64,000 bases of DNA from contig JAQVJM010000002.1 in assembly GCA_028695135.1 (NCBI GenBank), positions 14,249 to 78,248 of the forward strand, written 5' to 3'. This DNA comes from Candidatus Moraniibacteriota bacterium (lineage in GTDB: Bacteria > Patescibacteriota > Minisyncoccia > Moranbacterales > UBA9337). This document shows positions 50,623-61,027 of the stretch, piece after piece. The position numbers were made by a program, and so were the translations under genes. How positions within the stretch are numbered: position 1 is the stretch's first letter; every line of letters begins with the position of its first letter. Under the pieces are notes generated by a model that worked only from the letters and a program-made list of their open reading frames with translations, did not search any database and was not told the DNA's origin.

Positions 50623-51180
50623 ATGGAAAGCCTGAAATTTGAAACTGCTTTTAAATACCCTTTCAACAGGGCAAAGGGAATGTGGAATATTTTGTGGATT
50701 TTTGTGCCGATTGTAGGTTGGTTTGCATTAGGAGGTTATAGTGTCAGGATTGTAAAAGAATTTGTGGGTGGAAAATTTGACAAACTTCCGAGCTTTAGTT
50801 TCAGCAACGATCTGAGCTTGGGATTTATGATGCTTATTAAGGCTGTCCCGTTCATGGTAGTCTATGGGGTGTTTGATGCAGTCGTGGGCAAAGCAGGGGA
50901 TATTACAATGACACTGGCCAATATACTCGTCGGGGTGTTCGTAATACCCATACTTAGCATAAACTTCTTCAATAAGGAGACCGTAGCCTCTTTCTTTGAA
51001 TTCAAGATAGTGGGGGATGTTTTTAACAATATCGGGGATTATTTGATGGCAGTCCTCAAAAGCATCCTGCTTAGCCTCGTGTTTTTGGTCCTAAGTTTGG
51101 TATTGGTGGGTATTCCTGCGGGGGCTTTTACAAAAAATATTTTCTTGGCGGATTTTTACAGAAGAAGGGTAGGAAAATAA
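50623..51180 (+). CDS. DUF4013-like membrane protein
   Basis: AFKYPF, IVG..GY..RI pattern, TMs. Confidence 0.65.
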   Translation: MESLKFETAFKYPFNRAKGMWNILWIFVPIVGWFALGGYSVRIVKEFVGGKFDKLPSFSFSNDLSLGFMMLIKAVPFMVVYGVFDAVVGKAGDITMTLANILVGVFVIPILSINFFNKETVASFFEFKIVGDVFNNIGDYLMAVLKSILLSLVFLVLSLVLVGIPAGAFTKNIFLADFYRRRVGK

Positions 51181-51184
51181 TTTA

Positions 51185-51228
51185 AACATACCATTGAACA
51201 TACTATTGAACATACCTTTGAACATACC
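51185..51228 (+). repeat. 12-nt tandem repeat AACATACNNTTG
   Basis: AACATACCATTG AACATACTATTG AACATACCTTTG AACATACC. Confidence 0.8.
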
Positions 51229-51508
51229 AAGATACGTGTCTCAGCACGTATCTTTTTTGTCTCAAATTCTTGCGGTACATAATTACACGACCGCGGAATT
51301 GTGCACCACCCGACTTGCCGGGTCGGAGTACGAAAAAAGCACCCCCATATTTTAATATATAGGAGTATCTTATTCTTCTAGATTTATGCCTCGCCCCCGC
51401 GCATTTTGTCTGAAATTTTTAGGATCAGGCGGAAATAGCGCCCCGGCTTGTTTAAAGCATAAAAAAACGTTAAAATGAAAGAGTGGTAAATCTTAATACA
51501 AAAAATCA

Positions 51509-52771
51509 ATGAGTAATATAAAAGAAATTAAGGCTAGGGAGATTTTGGATTCCCGGGGTAATCCGACCGTGGAAGTCGAAGTAATTTTGGAAGACGGCAG
51601 TGCAGGCGTGGCGGCGATCCCGTCCGGGGCATCGACCGGATCGCATGAGGCGCTGGAGCTTCGAGACGGGGACGGCGGACGTTATGGAGGAAAAGGAGTG
51701 CTTAAAGCCGTGGAAAATGTCAAAACTAAGATTTCCGAGGCGGTTATCGGAATGGAAGCTGCCAATCAAGAAGAAATTGATAAGAAAATGATCGGACTTG
51801 ACGGTACGGAAAACAAATCCAATCTGGGAGCCAACGCTATTTTGGGAGTATCTCTGGCGGTTTGCCGGGCGGCAGCCGAAAGCAAAGGCAAAGAGCTTTA
51901 TGAATACATTGGTGAAAAATTCAAAATTCAAAATTCAAAATTCAAAATTCCATATCCGATGTTTAATATTATTAACGGAGGAGAGCATGCCGATAACGGG
52001 CTTTGCATCCAGGAATTTAAGCTGGTTCCGAGGGGGATTGAGGGATATCCCGAGCAATTAAGGGCGGGAAGCGAAATTTTTCACGCTCTTGAAAAAATAC
52101 TTTCATCCAGGGGACTTAGCACGGCGGTCGGCGATGAGGGAGGATTTGCGCCAAAAATGGAAAGCAATTCCCAAACGCTTGAAACCATAAACCAAGCCAT
52201 AGAAGAAGCCGGATATAAGCCGGGAAATGAAGTTTTCGTAGCACTGGACGCGGCGGCCAATTCATTTTATGAAACGGAAAGCGGACAATATATGCTAAAA
52301 CCGGAAAACGAAAAAATAAACAAAGAAAATCTTATAAATCTCTATAAAGAATGGATAGAAAAATACAATGTAATTTCGGTCGAGGACGGACTCCATGAGG
52401 AGGATTGGGAGGGGTGGAGAATGATGAATGAAAAACTCGGGGAGGGAATAATGAATATCGGAGACGACCTCTTGGTTACCAATGTAAAAAGATTGGAAAA
52501 AGCGATCGAAGAGAAAGCTTGTAATAGTGTCCTGATAAAAGTCAATCAGATCGGAACTCTGACTGAAACTATCGAGTGTATAAAGTTGGCCAAAAAAAAT
52601 GATATGAAAACAGTTATTTCTCACAGAAGCGGAGAAACTACTGACGATTTCATTTCCGATCTGGCTGTCGGGATGATGGCCGATTATATGAAAAGCGGAT
52701 CGCTTTCAAGGGGTGAAAGGATTTGCAAATATAATAGATTGCTTAAGATAAACGAAATTTTAGCTTCTTAG
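51509..52771 (+). CDS. eno: Enolase
   Basis: EILDSRGNPT, PSGASTG, VGDEGG, SHRSGET, KYNRLL. Confidence 0.98.
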   Translation: MSNIKEIKAREILDSRGNPTVEVEVILEDGSAGVAAIPSGASTGSHEALELRDGDGGRYGGKGVLKAVENVKTKISEAVIGMEAANQEEIDKKMIGLDGTENKSNLGANAILGVSLAVCRAAAESKGKELYEYIGEKFKIQNSKFKIPYPMFNIINGGEHADNGLCIQEFKLVPRGIEGYPEQLRAGSEIFHALEKILSSRGLSTAVGDEGGFAPKMESNSQTLETINQAIEEAGYKPGNEVFVALDAAANSFYETESGQYMLKPENEKINKENLINLYKEWIEKYNVISVEDGLHEEDWEGWRMMNEKLGEGIMNIGDDLLVTNVKRLEKAIEEKACNSVLIKVNQIGTLTETIECIKLAKKNDMKTVISHRSGETTDDFISDLAVGMMADYMKSGSLSRGERICKYNRLLKINEILAS

Positions 52772-52869
52772 ATTTTAATAAATTTTTTCACTCGAAATAT
52801 TATTTTTTCTCGCCTTTCGTTTCACCCGACAGTTCGAAAAAATAATATATTCTCGGAAAAAATTAAAAA

Positions 52870-54435
52870 ATGAAAATAAACAAAAAACCACTGGTCCTTA
52901 TGATTTTGGACGGTTGGGGAGAAGCTCCGAAAAGTCGGAGCAATGCGATTTCTCTTTCCAAGACGCCTTTTTTTGAAGAAGCGAAAAGGAAGTATCCCTT
53001 CACTGTTCTCGGCGCTACCGGAAGAGATGTCGGATTGGACATGGATCAGATGAGCGGATCGGAAGCCGGGCACATCAATATCGGCGGAGGAAGGGTGGTG
53101 GAGCAGGAATCCTATATCATCGATAAGGCTGTGGAAAATGGCAGTTTTTTTACCAATCCCGTCATGGCGGACGCGATAAAAAATTGCCATATGAAAAACA
53201 GCAATCTTCATGTCATGGGTCTTATGAGCACTTATGACAGCCAACACATAAATCCGGGACACTTCAGGGCCGTGTTGAAATTAGCCAGAAAAAAAGGCAT
53301 CAAGGAAGTTTATTGCCATTTATTTACCGACGGCAGGGATTCTTATGACAAAACCGCTCTCAATCATCTTAAAGATTACAGAAAAATGATGGAAGAAGAA
53401 AAAATCGGAAAAATCGCCTCCCTCTCCGGAAGATACTGGGCGATGGACAGAGCCAAAAATTGGGATAGGCTGGCCAAGGCTTATGAGGCTATAGTTTTCG
53501 GCAAAGGGGAAGAGGCCGGCACTGCCGAGGAAGCCATCGAAAGAGCTTATAAAAGAGGAGAAGGAGACGAGACATTGCTACCGACGGTCATTGTCGAAAA
53601 CGGAAAGCCGATTATGACTTTGAAAAAAAATGATACGATGATTTTTTACAATTTCCGTTCTGACAGAGCCAGGCAGTTCACCAAATTATTCGTTGAAGTA
53701 AGCGATGAGATAAAAGCCAAAAACCATCTGCCTAAGTTAGAAAAGATGGAAGGCCTGTATTTTGTCGCCATGAGCGATTTTGGACCGGATATGGATGTGC
53801 ATACCGCTTTTTTGGGAGAGACATTGGAGGGCACGCTTCCGATGGTTCTCAAGAATCACAGGCAGCTTTACATAAGCGAAGATGAAAAGTACGCTCACAT
53901 AACTTATTTTTTCAACGGGGGATTCCCCGATCCTGTCGGAGGGGAAGACAGGGTCACTATTCCTTCTCCGATAGTCAAGTCTTATGCGGACGCGCCGGAA
54001 ATGTCTGCTAAAAAATTGACGGACTATGTGGTCGGCAAACTGAAAAAAGACGAATACGATTTTATCGCTCTCAACTTTGCCAATTCGGACATGGTCGGAC
54101 ATACCGGAAACATAAAATCTGCGGTCAAAGCCATAGAATTTGTCGACAAGCAGATGATAAGAATAAACAAAGTCGTTTCAGAAAAAGAAGGCTGCGTGCT
54201 TATAACTTCCGATCATGGAAACGCCGATAATATGATCGATCGCATAGACGGCAAAGATGTCGCAAATACATTCCACACGAAAAACAAAGTGCCTTTCTGC
54301 GTCGTGAGTGAAAAATGCAAAGGAAGAAAACTTTATGACGGAGGAGTGCTGGGAAATATCGCTCCCACCATTCTTGATATTATGAATATTGAAAAACCCG
54401 CTGAAATGGAAAAGAGATCTCTTTTTATAAGCTGA
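52870..54435 (+). CDS. gpmI: 2,3-BPG-independent phosphoglycerate mutase
   Basis: ILDGWG, GSEAGH, FTDGRD, GRYWAMDR, DMVGHTG, SDHGN. Confidence 0.97.
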   Translation: MKINKKPLVLMILDGWGEAPKSRSNAISLSKTPFFEEAKRKYPFTVLGATGRDVGLDMDQMSGSEAGHINIGGGRVVEQESYIIDKAVENGSFFTNPVMADAIKNCHMKNSNLHVMGLMSTYDSQHINPGHFRAVLKLARKKGIKEVYCHLFTDGRDSYDKTALNHLKDYRKMMEEEKIGKIASLSGRYWAMDRAKNWDRLAKAYEAIVFGKGEEAGTAEEAIERAYKRGEGDETLLPTVIVENGKPIMTLKKNDTMIFYNFRSDRARQFTKLFVEVSDEIKAKNHLPKLEKMEGLYFVAMSDFGPDMDVHTAFLGETLEGTLPMVLKNHRQLYISEDEKYAHITYFFNGGFPDPVGGEDRVTIPSPIVKSYADAPEMSAKKLTDYVVGKLKKDEYDFIALNFANSDMVGHTGNIKSAVKAIEFVDKQMIRINKVVSEKEGCVLITSDHGNADNMIDRIDGKDVANTFHTKNKVPFCVVSEKCKGRKLYDGGVLGNIAPTILDIMNIEKPAEMEKRSLFIS

Positions 54436-54501
54436 TATCCATCCATTCGATCGCCACATTCCAATTTTTAAAGGCATGGTTTTTAAAAAATCCATGCCTT
54501 T

Positions 54502-54747
54502 TCAAGCGTTTCTTGGGATTAAAAGCGCCGAGATTATATTTTCCCTGATATCATCCGGCAATCGCAGATTTCTGTCCTTGCATTTTCCGTCGCACGAGCC
54601 GATTTTTCTTATGTAAGTTATTTCTTTGCGCAGAGATGAATAGCGGGCACAATAATGTTTTCCGTCGATACAGACGAAATAGGTTATTCCCCCTCAGCAG
54701 CATTTCGAACAAAAAAAATTAAATTTGTTTTTAAGTGGCATTTCCAT
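54502..54747 (-). pseudogene. Small Cys-rich ORF interrupted by one in-frame TGA
   Basis: AAGGAG SD, ATG 54747, TGA at codon 18, frame open to TGA 54502, then terminator hairpin. Confidence 0.5.
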
Positions 54748-54797
54748 AACTTACTCCTTTTTGACGATGATTTTTTCAAAAAACTGTCGATATTTTT

Positions 54798-57140
54798 TTA
54801 AGGCATCTTTATCCTGAAGATCTCGCTGTCTGTTGATAGGTACGCCCAACCGTTTTTCTCGTCGATCCAGAGATTTTCAGATTTTAAAATTTCCTGATTT
54901 GACCATTGTGATTCCATGGAGCCGTCCTTTCTGAATCTTATCAACTCTCCGTTCTGCCTGTCTATGGCGTACAAAAAGTCCGTATTCTCATTGGTAAAAA
55001 TATTCTTTATATCCGAGTTTTCGTCTTTTTTCAGACCAAAATCTTCCTTTCTCCCTCCTGAAAGCCTGATGACGTTGTTATTTTCAATTAAATATATATT
55101 CTCATCGATTGCTATTGAAGCCGTGTTTTCAAGATTCAAACCTTCCCTGAGCCAATCCACCTTTTCTCCAAATCCTCCCTCGGCTCTCGGATAGCGGTAA
55201 ATCTGGCTGTTTTTTGAATCTACCAGATATATATATGTGAGATACGTTCCTATTGCCGGTATCTGCGCATCTTCAGGAATGTCGATGTTGTTTTGGCTGA
55301 AATTTTTTGAAATCGGGCTGAAGCTGGAGATTTTTTTATCTTTGTTTATCAAGAATATGAGGTTTAGATCTTCCATAAAAGAAAAAGCTTCCGCTTCCCG
55401 GGCATAGTCAGGCAAGTAATATTCTTTCATATTTCCGTTTTCGGAGAGAACCACCTTTTCTTCCGTTATTATGAAAATATTTCCCTCAAAGGGGATCGCT
55501 CCGATTATATTTTCTCCGAAATATATTTTTTCCGCTTCGATATAATGGCCGGATGAAGGATTCACCAGCATTTCTTCTCGATGATTTTTTACCTCTTCCA
55601 CCTTGCTTATGATCTCATTTTTTTTATTTTGAATCTTTATTATGAAAATCGGGGCGATAAATATCGCCGCTATCAGTCCCAAAGCGTAAATTTTTTGTTT
55701 TTTGCTCAGTTTTATGAAAAATCTTTTGGCCTTCGAAAAGCTCGGAATAATTTTTCTCATCGAATGCGAAAAATGTCCGGATTTCTTAGGGGCAAAGATT
55801 CTTTCCGGCCCTTTCTCATATCCAAAAGAAATCTTATCCGGAGCGGAAATTTTTATTTTTTCCGAAATTATCTTGTCCAAAAAACTCTCCGATTTTTTTT
55901 CCGGCTTATCTTCGCCCGATCCCTTGAGCTCGACGTCTATCTTTTGCGGTTTTTCGGGAATGATCCTCCTTGCAAAATTTCCGGCAGAAATGAAAAATCC
56001 GGAGAATAAACTTCCGACTGATTTGAAAATCCCAGCCGCGCCTCCCCAGACCGTTTCTTTGAAAAAATAAGCGGCTTTTTCTTTTATATCGAGATTGCTC
56101 GAAGAAAGACTTTTCCTTATTTTATAGCTACCTTTTTCCAAATAGCGATCCTTCAGCCAGAAGCAAAAGCCCGACATTCTTTCCTTGCAGGTAAAGGAAA
56201 ATTTCTTGACTAAGTTTTCATTCTCTTCTTCGTAATTTTCCGCGGAAGAATCCTTTACGTAGATATGGCCGGTTTTTTTGTTCGTATATTCTTCTTTCTC
56301 GGTTCCATCCGGGGGAGAAACCTCTTCCGGGACGGATTTTTTATCGGAAACGGGTTTTTGGAAAGTTTTATTGCTGAAGGCATTGATATTTTGAGCGATA
56401 ACCTTTTCTTCATCCTCTTTCGCTTTTTTTATTTCCGGAATTTTTTCTTCTATCTCTTTCTCTCTTATATCGACGATTATCGTTCCGGCGATATCAAGCT
56501 CATTGATGAGAGCGGTTTTTAAAAATCTCAAAAAATCCTTCTTTTCAAAAGATAGGGCATGCTTTTCCAGATCTCCGAAGCTGAAAAGGTGGAAAATATC
56601 TTCCGTTGTCAGTATCAGCTTGTCTCCGTCCTTAAGCTTTCCGCTGGCGATGTCGGTAAAAGTTTTTATCGGATTTATCGCCTCGTCCTTCGGAGAAAGT
56701 CCGTTGCTTATCTCGCTTAGTCTCCCTTCTCTCAGAAGGAGTATTTTGGCGTCTCCGGAAACTGTAAAATTTATTTCTTTATCGTCGATGGAGCAGATCG
56801 CAGCGTCTATCTTTCCGATCCAATTGACATTTCCGTGTTTTGCCACTTCCGATAGCGACAGATTAAGGCGATAAAGAGTGGCTTCGAAGCTTTCCAGCGC
56901 CGTTCTGTGGTGGCTGGCAAAATAGGTTTTTTTGCATACAGAAGCCAAAAAATTGACGATGTAAGCGGAATCTTCCGAAGTATCTTTTATTTCGAATATT
57001 CCAAGGATCGTCCCCAGTTTTTTTTGGTCTATATTTTGATAGGAAAAATTTACGGACTCGATATAGGGAGCCAGTTTCTTATTGTTGACTATGAGTATTT
57101 CGGAAATTTCCTTTTCCAATATTTTTTGTTTTAGGGGCAT
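54798..57140 (-). CDS. Hypothetical membrane protein, N-terminal PP2C-like fold and C-terminal beta-propeller
   Basis: GDAKILLLREG, SGKLKDGDKLILTT; TM; YLVDSKNSQIYRY, SIAIDENIY. Confidence 0.7.
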   Translation of the reverse strand: MPLKQKILEKEISEILIVNNKKLAPYIESVNFSYQNIDQKKLGTILGIFEIKDTSEDSAYIVNFLASVCKKTYFASHHRTALESFEATLYRLNLSLSEVAKHGNVNWIGKIDAAICSIDDKEINFTVSGDAKILLLREGRLSEISNGLSPKDEAINPIKTFTDIASGKLKDGDKLILTTEDIFHLFSFGDLEKHALSFEKKDFLRFLKTALINELDIAGTIIVDIREKEIEEKIPEIKKAKEDEEKVIAQNINAFSNKTFQKPVSDKKSVPEEVSPPDGTEKEEYTNKKTGHIYVKDSSAENYEEENENLVKKFSFTCKERMSGFCFWLKDRYLEKGSYKIRKSLSSSNLDIKEKAAYFFKETVWGGAAGIFKSVGSLFSGFFISAGNFARRIIPEKPQKIDVELKGSGEDKPEKKSESFLDKIISEKIKISAPDKISFGYEKGPERIFAPKKSGHFSHSMRKIIPSFSKAKRFFIKLSKKQKIYALGLIAAIFIAPIFIIKIQNKKNEIISKVEEVKNHREEMLVNPSSGHYIEAEKIYFGENIIGAIPFEGNIFIITEEKVVLSENGNMKEYYLPDYAREAEAFSFMEDLNLIFLINKDKKISSFSPISKNFSQNNIDIPEDAQIPAIGTYLTYIYLVDSKNSQIYRYPRAEGGFGEKVDWLREGLNLENTASIAIDENIYLIENNNVIRLSGGRKEDFGLKKDENSDIKNIFTNENTDFLYAIDRQNGELIRFRKDGSMESQWSNQEILKSENLWIDEKNGWAYLSTDSEIFRIKMP

Positions 57141-57475
57141 ACTCCAAAATTAAAACGAATATATGATCGGCGCCAAAGCCGATTTTCTGCCTTTATAATT
57201 ATACCAAATATTTAAATGGTGTTAAAGGCTTTCTTCCTTGCATCTTTTCAATCATCATCTTTCTCCATCTGCTGAGGCGTTTTTCGCATGAAATGTTTTT
57301 CGAGATTGAGATTTTTTTCGAAAAATATTATCCGAACTTGTCATGCCGGATATATCCGCCTAAGCGAATGGCGAGGAAGGATCGCAATTTAACGGGGTTT
57401 ACTTTTTGTTTTTTTAGTATTAGACTGTATTTTAGCGGGATGTGAATAATTTTTTAAATTTTCTTTCATAAAAAT

Positions 57476-58084
57476 ATGTCGACGACAGAAGTTTTGGAAG
57501 TGCTATTCGGATCAAAGACCAGGGCTAGGATGATGCGTTTCTTCATCCTTAACCCAAAGGGAGAGTACACTTTTCCCGAGATTTTGAGAAAAAATTTATT
57601 GAAATCTCCCGAAGCCAGAAAGGAGCTGAACATATTTAAAAAAGCCAGATTTACCAAAGAAAGGAAAAAAGGAGGGAAAAAATATTATTTTATAAATCCG
57701 GATTTTCCCTTTTACAAGGAGATAGAGAGACTGATAGTGAGATCGGATATTTTTCCCCAGTGCAAAAGTTTGTCAATGATAAAAAAAGTAGGCAACGTAA
57801 AATTGGCGGTGACTACCGGAGTTTTTTTGAATTATGAAAAAGGCGATGTCGATCTGCTTATAGTCGTCGATGGAGTAAGTCGGGCGAAGCTTAAAAAGAT
57901 GATAGCCAACTTGGAGGCCGAAGTGGGCAGAGAGATAAGATATATGATTATCGACAACGAGGAACTGACCTACCGCTTAAATATGCTGGACAGGTTCATA
58001 ATTGATATGTTCAAGGGGCCTCATGAAATCATAATAAACAAAGCTCCCAAGGTTAAGCAAATAATATCCAGACTGGAAAAATAA
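57476..58084 (+). CDS. wHTH plus nucleotidyltransferase-like conserved CPR protein
   Basis: LFGSKTRAR, TGVF...DVDLLIV. Confidence 0.75.
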   Translation: MSTTEVLEVLFGSKTRARMMRFFILNPKGEYTFPEILRKNLLKSPEARKELNIFKKARFTKERKKGGKKYYFINPDFPFYKEIERLIVRSDIFPQCKSLSMIKKVGNVKLAVTTGVFLNYEKGDVDLLIVVDGVSRAKLKKMIANLEAEVGREIRYMIIDNEELTYRLNMLDRFIIDMFKGPHEIIINKAPKVKQIISRLEK

Positions 58085-58092
58085 GATCCAAA

Positions 58093-58455
58093 ATGCATCT
58101 CGAAAATTTGAGACAATTTATAAAAAACCCCTTACTATCTCTTATTTTTGGCATTTCGATATTGATCAACTTGATAAATTTTACGGCGCTTTTCCTTTTT
58201 TTAAGAAGGCTTAACAATGTCATAATTCTCCATTACAACGTTTATCTCGGCGTCGATATTTTCGGCCACAGACGGCAGGCTCTTTTTATGCCTTTTGTGG
58301 GTTTCTTTTTTATTTTAGTCAATTTGATCCTGGCCTATTATTTTTTCAGCCAGAAAGAAAGGCTTATTTCCCATGTTTTATCCCTAACCACCCTGATAAT
58401 CCAGCTGGGCTTGACTGTCGCCGGGGCATCGATTATTATGGTGAATTATCTATGA
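58093..58455 (+). CDS. Hypothetical membrane protein
   Basis: ILHYNVYLGVD motif, three TMs. Confidence 0.8.
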   Translation: MHLENLRQFIKNPLLSLIFGISILINLINFTALFLFLRRLNNVIILHYNVYLGVDIFGHRRQALFMPFVGFFFILVNLILAYYFFSQKERLISHVLSLTTLIIQLGLTVAGASIIMVNYL

Positions 58456-58546
58456 AGTAGGAATTATCAGGTAGCAAGTAGCAGGCCTATTTTCGTTCTC
58501 TATCTTATACTTTCTACTTTCTATCTTATACTTTCTGTTTAACCAT

Positions 58547-60226
58547 ATGTTCAAATTTCCAAGTCCGCTACCCGACAATCCAAAGGACAAAAAAGCCCAG
58601 AGATATCTGGAAGTGATTCCGGGGATTTTGACTTGGGGAACTCTGATAAGTATGCCTCTTTTGTCTTTTCTGCTTCCGGTCTGGATAGCGATCTTCATAA
58701 TCCTTTTTGACATTTATTGGATCCACAGGACTATTTTCATATCTTTTTATTCGGTAACGGCTTACAAAAAGTTGCAGAGAGGAAAAAATCTAGACTGGTG
58801 GGGGAGATGCCAAAATATAAGCGAGCCGAGGAAATACGCGGAAACCCTGAACGCCCGGATAGAAGATCTCAAAAGAATGTTAAGCGAGAATATTTCTTTC
58901 AAGAAAAAAAGTAAAATAAAAAAAGAGATCAAGCTTCTCGGGGACGACAAGAAAGAAGTCGAGAAACTGGAAGGCATAAAGGATCAGATCTGGGATTGGA
59001 GAAAAATAATCCATGTGGTCGCGCTTCCTACAGCCGGAGAGCCGGCCGAAGTCATCGAGCCAGCCATCCAGGCGGTGGCGGACAGCAATTTCCCCAATAA
59101 GCAGATAATAATACTTCTGGCTACGGAGGAACATGAGCCGGAAGAAAGACGGCTTAAGAAAGTGAATTATCTGAAGAATAAATTTGAAGGAGTATTCAGA
59201 GATTTCCTGGTTACGACTCATATAGTTCAGGAAGGAGAGATGAAATGCAAGGCTTCAAACATGACTTTTGCAGCCAGAGAGCTTAAGAAATATTTGGAAG
59301 AGCGCGGTGTAGATTTTAAGCGGGTCATATTTTCTAATTTTGATTGCGACAGCGTCTGCCACAAGGAATATTTTGCGGCGCTTACTTATTCCTATATAAC
59401 CGATCCCAAAAGGCTTCAGCGTTCCTATCAGCCGATTCCGGTCTATCACAACAATCTTTGGGACACCAACGCCTTTGTGAGAGTGATTGTCACCAGTTCT
59501 TCTTTTTGGCATATGTATCAGAGCACCAGGAAGGAAATGGTCACTTTTTCCTCTCATAGCGAGCCTTTCGATACTTTGGTGAAGGTGGACTTCTGGCCAG
59601 TCAATATGATCAGCGAAGACTCGATAATTTATTGGAAATGTTTTTCTTATTACCACGGAGATTACCGGGTTACGCCTATTTATCTGCCGATTTCCTTGGA
59701 CGCGGTTCTGGCCGACACTTATTGGAAGACCATCAAAAACCAATATTTCCAGAAAAGGCGCTGGGCATACGGGGTGGAAAATTTTCCTATTATAATGAGA
59801 GCCATCTGGAATGACAAGAAGGTCAAGTTCCTGAAGAAAATGAGGATCGCTTTTGAAATGCTGGAAGGCCATCATTCATGGGCTACGGCGCCTTTCATCC
59901 TGGCGATTCTCGGATGGTTGCCGCTGATTTTCGGAGGAACTCAATTTAATGAAAGCGTTTTGGCGCACAATCTTCCTTTTATTACCAGGAATCTTATGAG
60001 CTTAGCCATGGTCGGACTTCTTATTTCCATGTCATTGAGCTTTATCCTGATGCCGGAAAGGCCTAAAAAATATTCCCGTGTGAAATACGTCTACATGTTT
60101 TTGCAGTGGCTCTTGGTTCCGGTCATCGCGCCGACACTGGGAGCGATGCCGGCCATAGATTCCCAGACAAGGATTTTAACTAAAAAATATTTCACGGAAT
60201 TTTGGGTGACGCCTAAAAATAAATAG
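58547..60226 (+). CDS. Membrane glycosyltransferase family 2
   Basis: DCD, SED, QKRRW processive-GT motifs, flanking TMs. Confidence 0.88.
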   Translation: MFKFPSPLPDNPKDKKAQRYLEVIPGILTWGTLISMPLLSFLLPVWIAIFIILFDIYWIHRTIFISFYSVTAYKKLQRGKNLDWWGRCQNISEPRKYAETLNARIEDLKRMLSENISFKKKSKIKKEIKLLGDDKKEVEKLEGIKDQIWDWRKIIHVVALPTAGEPAEVIEPAIQAVADSNFPNKQIIILLATEEHEPEERRLKKVNYLKNKFEGVFRDFLVTTHIVQEGEMKCKASNMTFAARELKKYLEERGVDFKRVIFSNFDCDSVCHKEYFAALTYSYITDPKRLQRSYQPIPVYHNNLWDTNAFVRVIVTSSSFWHMYQSTRKEMVTFSSHSEPFDTLVKVDFWPVNMISEDSIIYWKCFSYYHGDYRVTPIYLPISLDAVLADTYWKTIKNQYFQKRRWAYGVENFPIIMRAIWNDKKVKFLKKMRIAFEMLEGHHSWATAPFILAILGWLPLIFGGTQFNESVLAHNLPFITRNLMSLAMVGLLISMSLSFILMPERPKKYSRVKYVYMFLQWLLVPVIAPTLGAMPAIDSQTRILTKKYFTEFWVTPKNK

Positions 60227-60360
60227 GAAGCAGGAGGCAAGTGACATGAGACAGGTGATAAGAGACAACAGATATGATATTTGATTTATGAGACGCAAGC
60301 TATGAGTTATAAGATACGAAGTTGCTAAAAGCCATAACATAAAAGCTATAAGCTAAGAAA

Positions 60361-60948
60361 ATGGAACTGAAAGAATACATAAAAATATTCAAAAATAACT
60401 TCAAATTTTTCGCGCTGATTGTCGCAAGCGTTTTGGTTTCCGGCATCGCTTTTCAGGAATTTATGCCGGAAAAATACAGAGTCGAAGCCAATCTGGATGT
60501 CACTCGGTCAGGACTGCAGAAAGAGACTTCAGATTATCGATATGATGAATTTTATCGCCTGCAAGCTGATGAGCGCTTCGCCGATACGGTCGTGCGCTGG
60601 ATAGGTTCAGGAAGGATCAGAGAGGATATTTCCACGGAATCGAAAGGCGCCGGCTTTGAAAAGTTGAAAGCCGAGAGGCTTTCTTCCCAGCTGGTAAGGA
60701 TAACTTTTGTCGTTTCCGATGTGGAGGATTCAAAAAAGATTGTTGCGGCGATTGAAAAAGTTCTGAATGATAAGACGCAGGAACTTAATAAGGATCAAAA
60801 TAATCCCAACTGGTTCAAGATAATAGTAAGCAATCCCGTGGTTTCCCCGCATAAGCTTCCTTTCGCCAGACTCTTTTTTATGATGTCGGCCCTGGGAATT
60901 TTTGTCGGATTCTGGTCGGTATTGGCGAGGCATTATTTGGAAGAATAG
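60361..60948 (+). CDS. Wzz/CapA-like polysaccharide chain-length protein
   Basis: MELKEY.., N- and C-terminal TMs. Confidence 0.6.
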   Translation: MELKEYIKIFKNNFKFFALIVASVLVSGIAFQEFMPEKYRVEANLDVTRSGLQKETSDYRYDEFYRLQADERFADTVVRWIGSGRIREDISTESKGAGFEKLKAERLSSQLVRITFVVSDVEDSKKIVAAIEKVLNDKTQELNKDQNNPNWFKIIVSNPVVSPHKLPFARLFFMMSALGIFVGFWSVLARHYLEE

Positions 60949-61027
60949 GCATAATCGATATGCGACAAGCGACAAGGTTTGGTGCATCGGTATATTTGTA
61001 AAAAATTAGCAATTAGCAAAGAATTTC

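Noticed and set aside
51185-51228. CRISPR array
   Set aside because: 12-nt tandem units with no unique spacers; no cas genes in the window
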